In this document: one piece after another, positions 1-9,762 of the stretch
How the letters are laid out: each line of letters starts with the position of its first letter
Numbering within the stretch: position 1 is the first letter of the stretch
From: Planctomycetota bacterium
GTDB taxonomy: Bacteria > Planctomycetota > SZUA-567 > H5-PLA8
DNA length: 64,000 nt
Assembly (NCBI GenBank): GCA_038227875.1
Contig: JBBRPR010000003.1
Coordinates: 64,001 to 128,000 of the forward strand
Direction: 5' to 3'
The notes under the pieces: generated by a model
What the model saw: only the letters and a program-made list of their open reading frames with translations
Databases searched by the model: none
Told to the model about the DNA's origin: nothing
Position numbers and translations under genes: made by a program

Positions 1-2
1 TC

Positions 3-383
3 CTCTTCGACGACCGCTGTCCCATGTGTACGTTTCAATCGCGCTTGATGACGCGGCTGGACTGGCTGCATCGCCTGGAATTCGTGCCGATCTCCGATCC
101 TCGCGTGCGAACGCTGGTTCCGGATGTGAAGCACGAAGAGCTGATGGCGTCGATGCATGTGCTGACGCCCAGCGGCAAATTGCATCACGGTGCACGCGGA
201 ATCCGCTTCATCGCGGGACGCTTACCGTTGTTGTGGCTGGTCTGCCTGCTGTTGTGGGTGCCGGGTATGATTTACATCAGTGAATTTCTGTATCGCCGCG
301 TCGCGAACAATCGATATTTGATCTCGAAGCTTTTCGGTTGCAAGACTGCTTGCGCAATAATGCCGCAAAAAAAGCCTAAATAA
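3..383 (+). CDS. DCC1-like thiol-disulfide oxidoreductase family protein (DUF393), 5'-truncated by window edge
   Basis: Frame is open from base 3: LFDDRCPMC (DxxCxxC motif); C-terminal 'YRRVANNRY' is typical of the family. Confidence 0.8.
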   Translation, partial: LFDDRCPMCTFQSRLMTRLDWLHRLEFVPISDPRVRTLVPDVKHEELMASMHVLTPSGKLHHGARGIRFIAGRLPLLWLVCLLLWVPGMIYISEFLYRRVANNRYLISKLFGCKTACAIMPQKKPK

Positions 384-426
384 ACGCTATAATTCTTTCG
401 ATCTAACACTGTGCACGACAAAGGCG

Positions 427-456
427 TTGACATAAACGCTTTCTGGGCTATGAAAT
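427..456 (+). promoter_or_regulatory. Candidate sigma70 promoter for the ankyrin gene
   Basis: TTGACA at 427-432 and TGAAAT at 451-456 in an AT-rich spacer. Confidence 0.4.
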
Positions 457-585
457 AGTGAGATTGGGTTCGTAAAATAACTGAATTCGCCTGACGGGCG
501 CAAGTTTCGCTCTTGTCCGGTGGGATCGGTCGCTCGACGACAAGAATTTGCACCCAAGCGTGGGCTGATTGAGATTGCCGCGGTC

Positions 586-2739
586 ATGGCCATTTTCGAC
601 GAAATCTCTGTCAAAATGCAGCTTGCGATGGGGCGCAAGTCGGTCGATGAATTCATCGACGAAGCGATCACAAACGACAGTCCCGGCACCATTTCTGTCC
701 TGATCAAGAAACCGGAAGTCGCCGACCGCATCGACACCATTCTGGAGCTGGCGATCAAGAAGGGCGCGGTTAAGTCCTTCAAAGTCATCGCCGGCGCTCA
801 GGGCGAAGAGAAATTCAATAAAGCCACCTCCAAAGGCAGCCACATTCCATCCCTGATTGCCCGCACCGGCAACATCGAGATGGTGCGCTCGCTGGCGGAA
901 CTCGGCTACGACCTGAATTCACCCAGCCCTGAAGGCAAGACGCTGGCCTTCATCGCGCTGGAAGAAGGCAAGACGGAGCTGTTCAAATTCCTCGTCGAAT
1001 CCATTCACAAGCAGGACGAGAAGGCGCAGAAAGCCGGCAAGAAGAAGCCCGGCGAAAGCGCGCTCGACGCCTGCTTCCGTGACGTGCCGACGCTGATGGA
1101 ACTGGCGATCAAGGAACAGCGCCTGGATGAAGTGAAGCTGCTGCTGGCCAACGGCGCCAGCCCCAATCCGCAGCAGGAAGATCTTTCGGGCCTGGGCCGC
1201 ATCGAACGCATGCGCCGCGCGAAGGCCGGGAAGAAATCGTACGTCCAGATGGCGATCGAAGCGCAGGCCGCGCCGATGATCGAAGCGCTCGCGGAAGCCA
1301 AGGCCGATCTCAATCCGCCCGGCGTCTGCCTGCTGGAAGTGGCCCTCGGTTTCCCCGACATGTCGATCGTGAAATTGATTGCGCGCAAAATGGGCAAGGA
1401 CGCGGTCAATGCCGCGCGCGACGAGATGGGCAACTCGATGCTCAACCGCGCCGTGCTCGACAACAACCTGCCGATCGCGGAATTCTTCATGACCCTGCCT
1501 GGCGCGGACCTGGCAGCGCTGAATTTCAAGCACGTGACGCCGCTGTGTGAAGCGGCCAACAACACGCGCCTGGACCTGGTCGAACTGCTGATGAAAAACG
1601 GCGTCAGCATCAACCAGCCGGTCAATCCCGATACCAACCAGACGCTGCTGCACACCGCCGTGGCCAACCAGAATCTCCTTCTGGCGCAGTGGCTGATGCA
1701 CCGAGCCATCGACGTCAACGCCGTCGATGCGCACGGCAACACCGCGCTGGATCTGGCGGTGCAGGCGCGCAACATGAAGCTGATCGAACTGATCGTCGAC
1801 AGCGACCGGACGGACATCAATTCCGGCGCGACCAAACCAGAAGCCGGTCAGACGATCAAGAACACCGGTTCCACGATCTACCGCCGCCCACCGCTGCAAC
1901 TGGGCGTGCGGCTGATGCTCGAATCCAGCGACCTGCACCAGATGAACACGCTGGCCGATGTGGTGAACCTGCTGATCGATTTGGAAGCCGATGTCAACGC
2001 GCAGGATTCCAACGGCACGACGGCGCTGCATCTGATGGCTGTCGAGTTGGACAAGATCAAGGCACAGTGGGGCGCCCGCGCCGATCGCGCGCCAAACGTG
2101 CGCCGCATCCTCAAAGCGCTGATCAAGGCCGGCGCCGATCCGAACATCGCCGATTGCGAAGGCAAGCGCGCCATCGATCACGCACGCCAGGGCGCTCAGG
2201 ATTTGAAGATCCTCTTCGAGTCCGGCGACATCGAAATTCACGCACCGGAACAGTACGCCAGCGGCGAAGCAACGTTTGCCAACCGCGGCACCGCCGGCCC
2301 GCAGGGCGTGACGCAGACCGGCGTCTATCCGCGCCAGACGCCCATCCCGGGAGCTCAACCGGGCACGACGCAAACCGGAGTGTTTCCGCGCCCTGCCGCC
2401 TCACCGACCGGCACGACGGGATCGTTCCCGCGGCCCGCGCCTTCGCAGACCGGGACCACCGGCGCGTACCCGCGCTTGTCTCCCGTGCCCGTTCCGGCCA
2501 CCGGCACGACCGGCACGTTTCCACGCCAGGTGACGCAGACAGGTTCGTTTCCGCCCGCGACTGGAGCCGGATCCGGCGGCAGCGCCTCGCGCATTCCCGC
2601 GGCAACGCCAGGCCAGTCCGGTGTGCGCATGACCGGCCGCTTCAAGTTTGGCGAGGACGCCCCGCCGAAGTCGGAAGACGAAGCGCCGAAGACTCCGCCA
2701 CCCACACCGCCTGCACCGCCGCCGAATACTGGCTCTTAG
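586..2739 (+). CDS. Ankyrin-repeat protein with Thr/Gly/Pro-rich repetitive C-terminal tail
   Basis: Multiple ankyrin motifs (GNTALDLAV, GTTALHLMA, GADPNIAD, TPLCEAA); ATG at 586 preferred over GTG at 520. Confidence 0.85.
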   Translation: MAIFDEISVKMQLAMGRKSVDEFIDEAITNDSPGTISVLIKKPEVADRIDTILELAIKKGAVKSFKVIAGAQGEEKFNKATSKGSHIPSLIARTGNIEMVRSLAELGYDLNSPSPEGKTLAFIALEEGKTELFKFLVESIHKQDEKAQKAGKKKPGESALDACFRDVPTLMELAIKEQRLDEVKLLLANGASPNPQQEDLSGLGRIERMRRAKAGKKSYVQMAIEAQAAPMIEALAEAKADLNPPGVCLLEVALGFPDMSIVKLIARKMGKDAVNAARDEMGNSMLNRAVLDNNLPIAEFFMTLPGADLAALNFKHVTPLCEAANNTRLDLVELLMKNGVSINQPVNPDTNQTLLHTAVANQNLLLAQWLMHRAIDVNAVDAHGNTALDLAVQARNMKLIELIVDSDRTDINSGATKPEAGQTIKNTGSTIYRRPPLQLGVRLMLESSDLHQMNTLADVVNLLIDLEADVNAQDSNGTTALHLMAVELDKIKAQWGARADRAPNVRRILKALIKAGADPNIADCEGKRAIDHARQGAQDLKILFESGDIEIHAPEQYASGEATFANRGTAGPQGVTQTGVYPRQTPIPGAQPGTTQTGVFPRPAASPTGTTGSFPRPAPSQTGTTGAYPRLSPVPVPATGTTGTFPRQVTQTGSFPPATGAGSGGSASRIPAATPGQSGVRMTGRFKFGEDAPPKSEDEAPKTPPPTPPAPPPNTGS

Positions 2740-2822
2740 CTCTTGGCTCTTGGGCCTGTCGGTTTGCATTTTCCCCAATAATGAATAGCGATTAACCGCC
2801 AGGTCCAAGAGCCAAGAGCCGC
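2731..2822. repeat. Inverted heptamer-array element (GGCTCTT)3 ... (AAGAGCC)2, copy 1
   Basis: ggctctt agctctt ggctctt at 2731-2751 faces aagagcc aagagcc at 2807-2820; the left arm supplies the ankyrin TAG stop. Confidence 0.85.
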
Positions 2823-2828
2823 CTCCCC

Positions 2829-3644
2829 ATGCTCACTTCTGATCTCAACGTGGTCCGCGATGTCGAGTATGCGCGCTACGGCGAGCGGGGGTTGCAGCTC
2901 GATCTTTACATTCCGCAAAGAGCGCTCTCGCCCAACGGCTTGTTACCGGTGGTGGCGTGGTTTGTGGGCGGCGGGTGGATGCTCTGCGATCGCAAGGTCG
3001 TCGCGCCCCTGTTTCTGACCGAACATGGCATCGCCGTGGCCTCCGTGACTTACCGCGTCAGCGCCGCGGCGAAAGCGCCGGCCAGCATTCATGACGCGAA
3101 AGCCGCAATCCGCTTCCTGCGCGCCAACGCGGCGCAATATGGCTTCGATCCCGGTCGCATCGGCGCGTTCGGGCAGTCGTCGGGCGGACACTTGGCGCTG
3201 ATGACAGCCCTGACGCCGCATCTTCCGGAACTCGAAGGCGACGGCGGCAACCCAGGCGTTTCCAGCGCCGTGGCCTGCATCGCGGACTTCTGCGCGCCGA
3301 CCGATCTGCGCCGCGTCGCCGAGCCGGACATGCGTGCACAGTATTCGATGCTCCACGATCTCACCGAGAAGTACCTCGGCGGTCCCATTGCGGACAAGGC
3401 GGAGCTCGCTCGGTTGATCAGTCCCATCGCACACGTGTCGAAGGACGTGCGGCCGCCTCCGCTGCTCATCATTCACGGACGCAAGGATTCAGTGGTGCCG
3501 ATCAGCGAAAGCGAACGGATGCACGCCGCTTTGCAGGCGGCGGGCGCGGACGCGGAGTTTTTCGTGGTGGAAGACGGGGAACACGTCTGGAACTGGAAGC
3601 TCACGCGCGAACGCGCGATCGATTTCTTTCTGCGCACGCTTTAG
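2829..3644 (+). CDS. Alpha/beta hydrolase (esterase/lipase, BD-FAE-like)
   Basis: GGGW oxyanion motif, GQSSGG nucleophile elbow, HGRKDSVVP, C-terminal His. Confidence 0.9.
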   Translation: MLTSDLNVVRDVEYARYGERGLQLDLYIPQRALSPNGLLPVVAWFVGGGWMLCDRKVVAPLFLTEHGIAVASVTYRVSAAAKAPASIHDAKAAIRFLRANAAQYGFDPGRIGAFGQSSGGHLALMTALTPHLPELEGDGGNPGVSSAVACIADFCAPTDLRRVAEPDMRAQYSMLHDLTEKYLGGPIADKAELARLISPIAHVSKDVRPPPLLIIHGRKDSVVPISESERMHAALQAAGADAEFFVVEDGEHVWNWKLTRERAIDFFLRTL

Positions 3645-3910
3645 TTCGTGAACGTGAACGATCCGGGCCGGCCAAAGTTGATCGTGCAGATTCTGCCGTG
3701 ACGCGCGTACATCAGCGCATGCTGGTCGAGCGTGCGGGCGGTGATCACCGAGAGACTTTTGCTCATCTGGACCGCGCCGACGATCTTCCAGCCCATGCTT
3801 TGAAGGTGTTTCATCGATTCCGGAAGCGTGCAGCCGTAGATGTTGGCGAACACATTCAGGTTCGATTCGGGTATGCATTCATTCTTGCTCACGACCGTCG
3901 ACCTCCCCAC
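3641..3910 (-). CDS. Small hypothetical protein
   Basis: Compact ORF converging on the hydrolase stop; GGGAGG precedes an in-frame GTG near 3892. Confidence 0.45.
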   Translation of the reverse strand: MGRSTVVSKNECIPESNLNVFANIYGCTLPESMKHLQSMGWKIVGAVQMSKSLSVITARTLDQHALMYARHGRICTINFGRPGSFTFTN

Positions 3911-3979
3911 GTCATCTTTTTCCGCATTCGATCCGACGGAAGAGATAAGGCGAAAGGCATGCCAAGCGGAGTGTGCGAA

Positions 3980-4300
3980 TTATTCGTGGTCCGCGGATTG
4001 CGCAGGTGCGTTTTCCTGTCGCAGCAAAAATAATCCTTCCGTCACGTCCTTCTGAAAATCGCTCAGTCGCACCTCCCGAAACGCGGTCGCCTCCTGAATC
4101 AGCTCGCGCCGACCGTCGCGATGCACGCGAAAACTGTGGTAGGTGAGGAGGCTCGACCCCACGGTGAGGATTTCGATTTCATAGCTTCCCATTTCATTCC
4201 ACCAGGGGTCGGAGCCTAGTGGCAGGCAGTGTCGCGATAAGGTTCCGATATACTTCTGACCCATCCGGATCAAATTTGTCGGCATATTTTCAGTGCTCAC
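3980..4300 (-). CDS. Small hypothetical protein
   Basis: 106-aa ORF filling the gap, protein-like composition, no recognisable motif. Confidence 0.35.
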   Translation of the reverse strand: MSTENMPTNLIRMGQKYIGTLSRHCLPLGSDPWWNEMGSYEIEILTVGSSLLTYHSFRVHRDGRRELIQEATAFREVRLSDFQKDVTEGLFLLRQENAPAQSADHE

Positions 4301-4443
4301 TTTTCTTTTGAATCGGTTCGTTGTTCCGGATGCGGGGCGTGGAGCTTGCTGCTCGACTCCTTTTGCGCGCGGTATTCGCCGCGCGCCGCGGTGCAGTGGA
4401 ATGCGCCGTGATGAAAAAGAACAACTGCAGAGGAGAGTGTCGC

Positions 4444-4947
4444 ATGGAAATGGAAATGTTTCGAGATCTGTTTATCGAAGAACTTCAAGATCTCTATAGC
4501 GCCGAAACGCAACTGATCAAAGCGTTGCCGAAGATGGCCAAAGCCGCAACCAACGCCGACTTGAAGAAGGGTTTCGAGCAGCACTTGGAGCAGACGAAAG
4601 GTCATGCCCAGCGTCTCGAAAATATCTTCACCAAGCTCAATGAGAAATCGAAGGGGCATAAGTGCAAGGCGATGGAAGGGCTGATTGCCGAGGGCAAGGA
4701 ATTGATCGACGACCACGAAGCCGGCGAATTGCTCGACGCGGGTTTGATCTGCGCGGCGCAGAAAGTTGAACACTACGAGATCGCCAGCTACGGCACGGCG
4801 AAAGCCTGGGCCACGCAGTTGAGCCTGGATGACGTGGCGACGATCCTGGAAGAAACGCTGGACGAAGAGAAGGAAACGAACGAGAAGCTGACGGAACTGG
4901 CGACGTCCACGGTCAACGCGGAAGCGATGGCCGGACACGAGCAATAA
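4444..4947 (+). CDS. yciF: Ferritin-like domain protein, YciE/YciF (DUF892) family
   Basis: LQDLYSAETQLIKALPKMA, HLEQT, AQKVEHYEIASYGT; AGGAG RBS upstream. Confidence 0.93.
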   Translation: MEMEMFRDLFIEELQDLYSAETQLIKALPKMAKAATNADLKKGFEQHLEQTKGHAQRLENIFTKLNEKSKGHKCKAMEGLIAEGKELIDDHEAGELLDAGLICAAQKVEHYEIASYGTAKAWATQLSLDDVATILEETLDEEKETNEKLTELATSTVNAEAMAGHEQ

Positions 4948-4952
4948 CAACG

Positions 4953-4992
4953 CTGCGCCGCGGAACACGGAGTTCCGCGGCGCAGTATTTTT
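4953..4992 (+). terminator. Intrinsic terminator after yciF
   Basis: ctgcgccgcggaac / gttccgcggcgcag 14-bp stem followed by tattttt. Confidence 0.85.
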
Positions 4993-5008
4993 CGAACACC
5001 CCACTGAC

Positions 5009-5770
5009 TCAATAATTACATTCGTCGAACGCGTGCTTGAGCGCCGGGAGCGCGCTGCCTTTGGGCATGAACTCCTGGCCGACGAAGCCTGTGTACCCGG
5101 TGGCGCTGATCGCCTTGGCGATCGCCGGATAGTAGAGCTCCTGATCTTTGTCCAGATCGTTGCGGCCGGGATTTCCCGCGGTATGGAAGTGGCCGATGTA
5201 CTGAATGTTCTCCTTGATCGTGCGGATCACGTCGCCTTCCATGATCTGCATGTGGTAAATGTCGTAGAGCAGCTTTACGCGCGGCGAATCGACGCGCTTG
5301 ATCACGTTGACGCCCCACATCGTCCGGTCGCACTGGTAATCCTTGTGGTCGACTTTGCTGTTAAGCAGTTCGAGCACCAGCGTGACGCCGGCGGCCTCGG
5401 CCGCCTTTTTGACGCGGATCAGGCCTTCGGCGGTGTTGTCCAAGCCGCGGTAGTCGTCGAGCCCGCAGCGGTTGCCGCTGAAGACGATCAGGCACGGAAT
5501 CTTGTTTTTCTTCGCCACTTCCAGCTTGGCGCCGATTTCGTTTTCGATACGCGAATGGTTCTCGCGCTTGTTGAGGCCGTCGGTGAGCGTGCCGTGTCCG
5601 CCCACGGTGGCGACCGTCATGCCGGCATCGTGCACGGCCGACCAGTATTTCTCGTCGATCATCTCGACGCCTTTGTAGCCGAGCTTGGCGGTCTCCTTGA
5701 TGAAGGCAAGCGGATCTTCCGCCTTACCGCCGACGCACCACCACGCGTACGATTGCTTGAACGTTGACAT
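5009..5770 (-). CDS. Hydroxypyruvate isomerase / xylose-isomerase-like TIM barrel protein
   Basis: LELLNSKVDH, LLYDIYHMQIMEGD, HFHTAGNPGR; AAGGAG RBS. Confidence 0.9.
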   Translation of the reverse strand: MSTFKQSYAWWCVGGKAEDPLAFIKETAKLGYKGVEMIDEKYWSAVHDAGMTVATVGGHGTLTDGLNKRENHSRIENEIGAKLEVAKKNKIPCLIVFSGNRCGLDDYRGLDNTAEGLIRVKKAAEAAGVTLVLELLNSKVDHKDYQCDRTMWGVNVIKRVDSPRVKLLYDIYHMQIMEGDVIRTIKENIQYIGHFHTAGNPGRNDLDKDQELYYPAIAKAISATGYTGFVGQEFMPKGSALPALKHAFDECNY

Positions 5771-5876
5771 GCATGCTCCTTGAAATCGATTTTTGAATAC
5801 CAGTGGTGCGGGCGTCTGACGCCCGCACAATCATTATCTTTTTACCGGGCAGTGACGCCTGGTCCACTGGAGAGTG

Positions 5877-6881
5877 CTACAGCGTTACGGGCTTGCCGGT
5901 GCGGATCGATTCTTCGGCGGCGATCGTCAGCAGCGCGGTCTTGGCGCCATCCTGGTACGGTGACTTCACGGCGCTGGGGTCCTTGCGCTTGATTGCGTCG
6001 ATGAAGATGCGGTCTTCCTTGCCGAAAATGTCGTCTTCGCCCTTGATCTCTTCGCTCCAGCCGCCGGTGTGCTCGATCTTCACCGAATGTTCCCAGCCCG
6101 TGAAGCGCGCGGTTTCGGCCGTACCGTGAACGTTCAGAAACACGCCGCCGACCGGGGTCTGCACCGACGAGAAAAGCGTCGCCACCGCGCCGTTCTTGAA
6201 ACGGATGTTCACGGCGCTGGCGTCGTCCATGGTGTAGCCAGGATGCGGATCGCTGAAGGCTTTCGTGAAATGCGTGAAGACTTCCGCTGCGTCGCCGCAA
6301 AGGTAGCGCACGACGTCGAACGTATGCGTCGACTGCTCGATAATCTGCCCGCCGCTCTTGGACTTATCGCCCCACCACGATCCGATGCCGGATTCCGCGA
6401 GCTTCGGCCGCTTACCAGCGCCTCCGCCGAGCCAGCCGCCGTAAACAACGACCGGCGGATTGGCGACGAAGAGTTCCTTCGCGCGCTGCACCGACTTGCG
6501 GTGGCGGTTCATGTAGCCGACGCAGGACATCACGCCGGACTTGTCGGCTTCCTGGCTGATCTCGGTGATCAAGCCCGGATCCTTGCCGACGGGCTTTTCC
6601 ACGAAGAAGGGGACTTTGTGTTTCATGGCGAGCAGTTCGGGTTCGCCGTGTGCGAAGGGCGGGAGCAGCAGAAAGACAGCGTCGAGCTTTACATTCTGAA
6701 ACATCTCCGCCGGCTTGTTGAACGCCACGCCGCCATTTTCGGCCGTCATCTTCTGAGCGGCTTCGAGACGGACGTCGCAGAACGCCGCGAACTCCACGTC
6801 CTCGAAACCCTTCATCGCCTTGACGTGTGCGGCAGCCATGCCGCCGGCACCCACGAACCCGACCTTGAATTTCTCAGCCAC
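5877..6881 (-). CDS. Gfo/Idh/MocA family oxidoreductase
   Basis: GFVGAGGMA Rossmann fold, VEKPV, GYMNR, GGQIIEQSTH. Confidence 0.92.
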   Translation of the reverse strand: MAEKFKVGFVGAGGMAAAHVKAMKGFEDVEFAAFCDVRLEAAQKMTAENGGVAFNKPAEMFQNVKLDAVFLLLPPFAHGEPELLAMKHKVPFFVEKPVGKDPGLITEISQEADKSGVMSCVGYMNRHRKSVQRAKELFVANPPVVVYGGWLGGGAGKRPKLAESGIGSWWGDKSKSGGQIIEQSTHTFDVVRYLCGDAAEVFTHFTKAFSDPHPGYTMDDASAVNIRFKNGAVATLFSSVQTPVGGVFLNVHGTAETARFTGWEHSVKIEHTGGWSEEIKGEDDIFGKEDRIFIDAIKRKDPSAVKSPYQDGAKTALLTIAAEESIRTGKPVTL

Positions 6882-7167
6882 GAGCGATTCCTCCAGTGTT
6901 GGTTTGAGTTTGGAATGGTTGGAATGATTGTATTTTCTGGCATCCCGCCACGGCCCACCGCGACAGGTCTGCTATCTAAACACGAGTGCAGTTTTGCAGC
7001 AATGGAGCGCTTGGGAGAAGTTTTGTGTAATCTGGTAATCGCCACCGAAGTTGATAAAGTATCCGAAGTGGTAATTTGCAATGCCGAATGGCGCAGAGTT
7101 GTTGTACGTGTGGAACCTTAGTAGCCATGGCTATTAAGGTCAAAGTGACTCGATTAAGTGATAGCGT

Positions 7168-8007
7168 ATGAAAAAAGCTCAGAACTTCACCGTCCGTGTC
7201 GGGCACCGCGAGCCACTCGACCCGCGCCGCAGCGCCGTGGCCGCGGCTGCATTCATGCACAACAAGACGCAGTGGGTCCGCCGCCGTGTGATCAAGGTCG
7301 AAGAGTACTACATTATGTACGTGCTCAACGGCAGCGGCACGTACGAGGATCCGCTCAACGGCCAGATCGCCGTGAACGAAGGCGACGCGATCATCACGTT
7401 TCCGGGCCTTGAGCACACCTACGGTCCGACGACGATGTGGGACGAAGCCTACATCGTGCTGCGCGGCCCGATGTTCACGCAGCTCGAAACCGAAGGCGTC
7501 CTCCGCCGCAACAGTCCAGTGCTCTCCTTGGGCAACTCACCGGCGTTGAAATCGTCGGTGATGTCGCTGGTCGAAGATTTCCTGCGCGAACAGCGTCTGG
7601 CCAATCCGATCCAGACCGCGCGCGCACACATGCTGGTCGCGCAGATGATCGACACGCATCTGGCTCACGTCGCCGCGAGCGCCACGCAGCCGGGCGCTGA
7701 TTTTGTCCGCCGCGCCTGCGCGCTGCTCGAGACGGACCTCGATCGCGAAACCGACTTGCAGCAAGTCTCGCGGCGTTTCGGTTTCGGCTACGAGCGCTTC
7801 CGCAAACTATTCGCCGACGAAACCGGCGTCTCCCCCGCACGCTACCGCATCCTGCGGCGCATCGACCACGCCAAGTCCCTCTTGATGGAAGGCCGCGTCC
7901 CGATCAAACGCATCGCCGAACAGCTTGGCTACTGCGACGTCTACTTTTTCGCGCGCCAGTTCAAGCAGGTGACGGGGAGGACGCCGAGTGAGTTCAGGCG
8001 GTTTTGA
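7168..8007 (+). CDS. AraC family transcriptional regulator
   Basis: Cupin N-terminus and C-terminal IAEQLGYCDVYFFARQFKQVTGRTPSEFR; divergent from the oxidoreductase operon. Confidence 0.92.
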   Translation: MKKAQNFTVRVGHREPLDPRRSAVAAAAFMHNKTQWVRRRVIKVEEYYIMYVLNGSGTYEDPLNGQIAVNEGDAIITFPGLEHTYGPTTMWDEAYIVLRGPMFTQLETEGVLRRNSPVLSLGNSPALKSSVMSLVEDFLREQRLANPIQTARAHMLVAQMIDTHLAHVAASATQPGADFVRRACALLETDLDRETDLQQVSRRFGFGYERFRKLFADETGVSPARYRILRRIDHAKSLLMEGRVPIKRIAEQLGYCDVYFFARQFKQVTGRTPSEFRRF

Positions 8008-8034
8008 AATAGTCGATGCGCAATGTCGGGAGTT

Positions 8035-8128
8035 GAAGGCAGAAGGCTGTGACAGTAGGCAGTCTCGTTTTGCTGTGAGCAGGAATTGTGATTATGCAAG
8101 ACCACCAACTGCTGTGCCTTCTGCCTTC
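8035..8128. repeat. Inverted heptamer-array element, GGCAGAA/GGCAGTA family
   Basis: gaaggcagaaggctgtgacagtaggcagt faces actgctgtgccttctgccttc between convergent genes; related arrays at 26793-26807 and 28441-28481. Confidence 0.65.
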
Positions 8129-9039
8129 TACAATGTCTTCACCCACGCGTACACCAGCCCCTCGATCTCCTCGATCGTGTACTTGTTGTCGAACATCGCG
8201 CGCAGGGAGTCCTGGGGCTTTTCGTCCTTGGCGTCGCGGACGCGTGCGTAGAAGGCTTCGAGTTTGCCTTTGTCCTGCAGGTACTGCATCAGGTAGCGCA
8301 TCGAGGCGTAGTTGGAGCCGCGGTGATCGCCGTAAAAATCGGCGTCGCTGATGCCGATCAAATCGCGGTAGTGTGCGGCCTTGCCGTTGGCGAGGTCCTG
8401 GAGCAGACCTTTGAGCCGCCAGTTCTTCACGCCGATGACTTTGCGGGTCGAACTGATCGTCGGCATCTCGTAGAGACTGCCGAGACCTTCGTTCAGCCAT
8501 GCCGGGATGGAAGGAAAATCGGCCTCGGCCATTGCATGCGTCATTTCGTGAGTCAGGGTGCCGTCGCCGGTGCCGATGTTCATCACCAGCGCGCGTTTGG
8601 CGCGGCTGAAGTAGCCGTAGGGCGTGGTCGGCTTTTCCTTGTAGAGTTTCAGATTCCATTTGTTGTAGCTCTCGCCGTCTTTGAAGAGCATCACTTTCAG
8701 CGGTTCGGTCACGGTCGCTTTGGTAAAGAGCTGGCGCTGAATCTGCGCAGCGTAGAAGCCGATGGTCCAGTCGGTGATCGAGCGGAGTTCGTCCGGTTCC
8801 AGATCGGTGGCGATCAACCACGGTCCGACGTTGGCGTAGCGGAACTCGCGGCCGAATTCGGCTTTCATCTCCGCGACCATCGGGTCAGATTTTTCCGCCG
8901 CCGGCGCCGTCCACGGCAGCCGCGGAGTGGCCGAGGCCATCTCTTGCGCCGAGCCGTCGCCGCGGGCGGACTCAGCAAAGGCGAAAACGCCCAGCGTCAG
9001 CGATAGCGCGGCGAGTATCGATAGAATTCGGACACACAT
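8128..9039 (-). CDS. Secreted zinc metallopeptidase-like protein (DUF1570 / peptidase MA-like)
   Basis: Signal peptide, THEMTH (HExxH) followed by PAWLNEGL. Confidence 0.75.
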   Translation of the reverse strand: MCVRILSILAALSLTLGVFAFAESARGDGSAQEMASATPRLPWTAPAAEKSDPMVAEMKAEFGREFRYANVGPWLIATDLEPDELRSITDWTIGFYAAQIQRQLFTKATVTEPLKVMLFKDGESYNKWNLKLYKEKPTTPYGYFSRAKRALVMNIGTGDGTLTHEMTHAMAEADFPSIPAWLNEGLGSLYEMPTISSTRKVIGVKNWRLKGLLQDLANGKAAHYRDLIGISDADFYGDHRGSNYASMRYLMQYLQDKGKLEAFYARVRDAKDEKPQDSLRAMFDNKYTIEEIEGLVYAWVKTL

Positions 9040-9201
9040 GTGCGTGCACCTCCATAATCCGTGCTTCTATTAATACATCGAGATTGAAAAGGTCACCGTA
9101 ACAGCCCGGTAAAATGTTTTTTCAGGGTTGCGCCACAGTGGCCTGCGAATACTGTCGATTGAGTAAGTAAGTCACCCGGTTGATGCATCGCTGGAGGTAC
9201 T

Positions 9202-9762
9202 ATGGCCGCCTCAAAACACCATCCTCACGTTCTGATTCTGACCGGCGACTGCGCTGAAGCGCTGGAGGTGCTCTACCCGCTGCAGCGGCTACGCGAAGGA
9301 AACTACGTCGTGGAGCTCGCCACGCCCAACGGCAAAGTCGTGCGCAGTGTCATCCACGATTTCGAGCCGGAATTCGAAACGTACACGGAGAAGCCCGGCT
9401 ACCGCATCCCTGCCGATCTCTCTTTCGCGATGGTCAAGGCCGACCGCTACGACGGCTTGGTCATTCCCGGCGGCCGCGCGCCCGAGTACATCCGCAACGA
9501 GCCGCGCGCGCTGGAGATCGTCGAGTCCTTCATGAAGGCGAAGAAGCCTGTCGCCGCGATTTGCCACGCGGCTCAGATGCTGGTGGCCGCCAATCTATGT
9601 AAGGGCCGGCGCATGACCTGCTATCCGGCCTTGCGACTCGACGTCGAACGCGCCGGCGCGACGTTCATCGACGCTGAAGTAGTCGTCGACGACAATCTCG
9701 TCACGTCCCGTGCGTGGCCCGATCATCCCGCCTTTATGCGTGAGTTCATAAAGAAGCTGTGA
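9202..9762 (+). CDS. DJ-1/PfpI family protein (type 1 glutamine amidotransferase-like)
   Basis: IPGGRAPEYIR, AAICHAAQ, LVTSRAWPD; GGAGG RBS. Confidence 0.93.
   Translation: MAASKHHPHVLILTGDCAEALEVLYPLQRLREGNYVVELATPNGKVVRSVIHDFEPEFETYTEKPGYRIPADLSFAMVKADRYDGLVIPGGRAPEYIRNEPRALEIVESFMKAKKPVAAICHAAQMLVAANLCKGRRMTCYPALRLDVERAGATFIDAEVVVDDNLVTSRAWPDHPAFMREFIKKL

Noticed and set aside
7045..7074. CCGAAGT direct repeat as an AraC operator
   Set aside because: Only two short copies with 18-bp period; insufficient support
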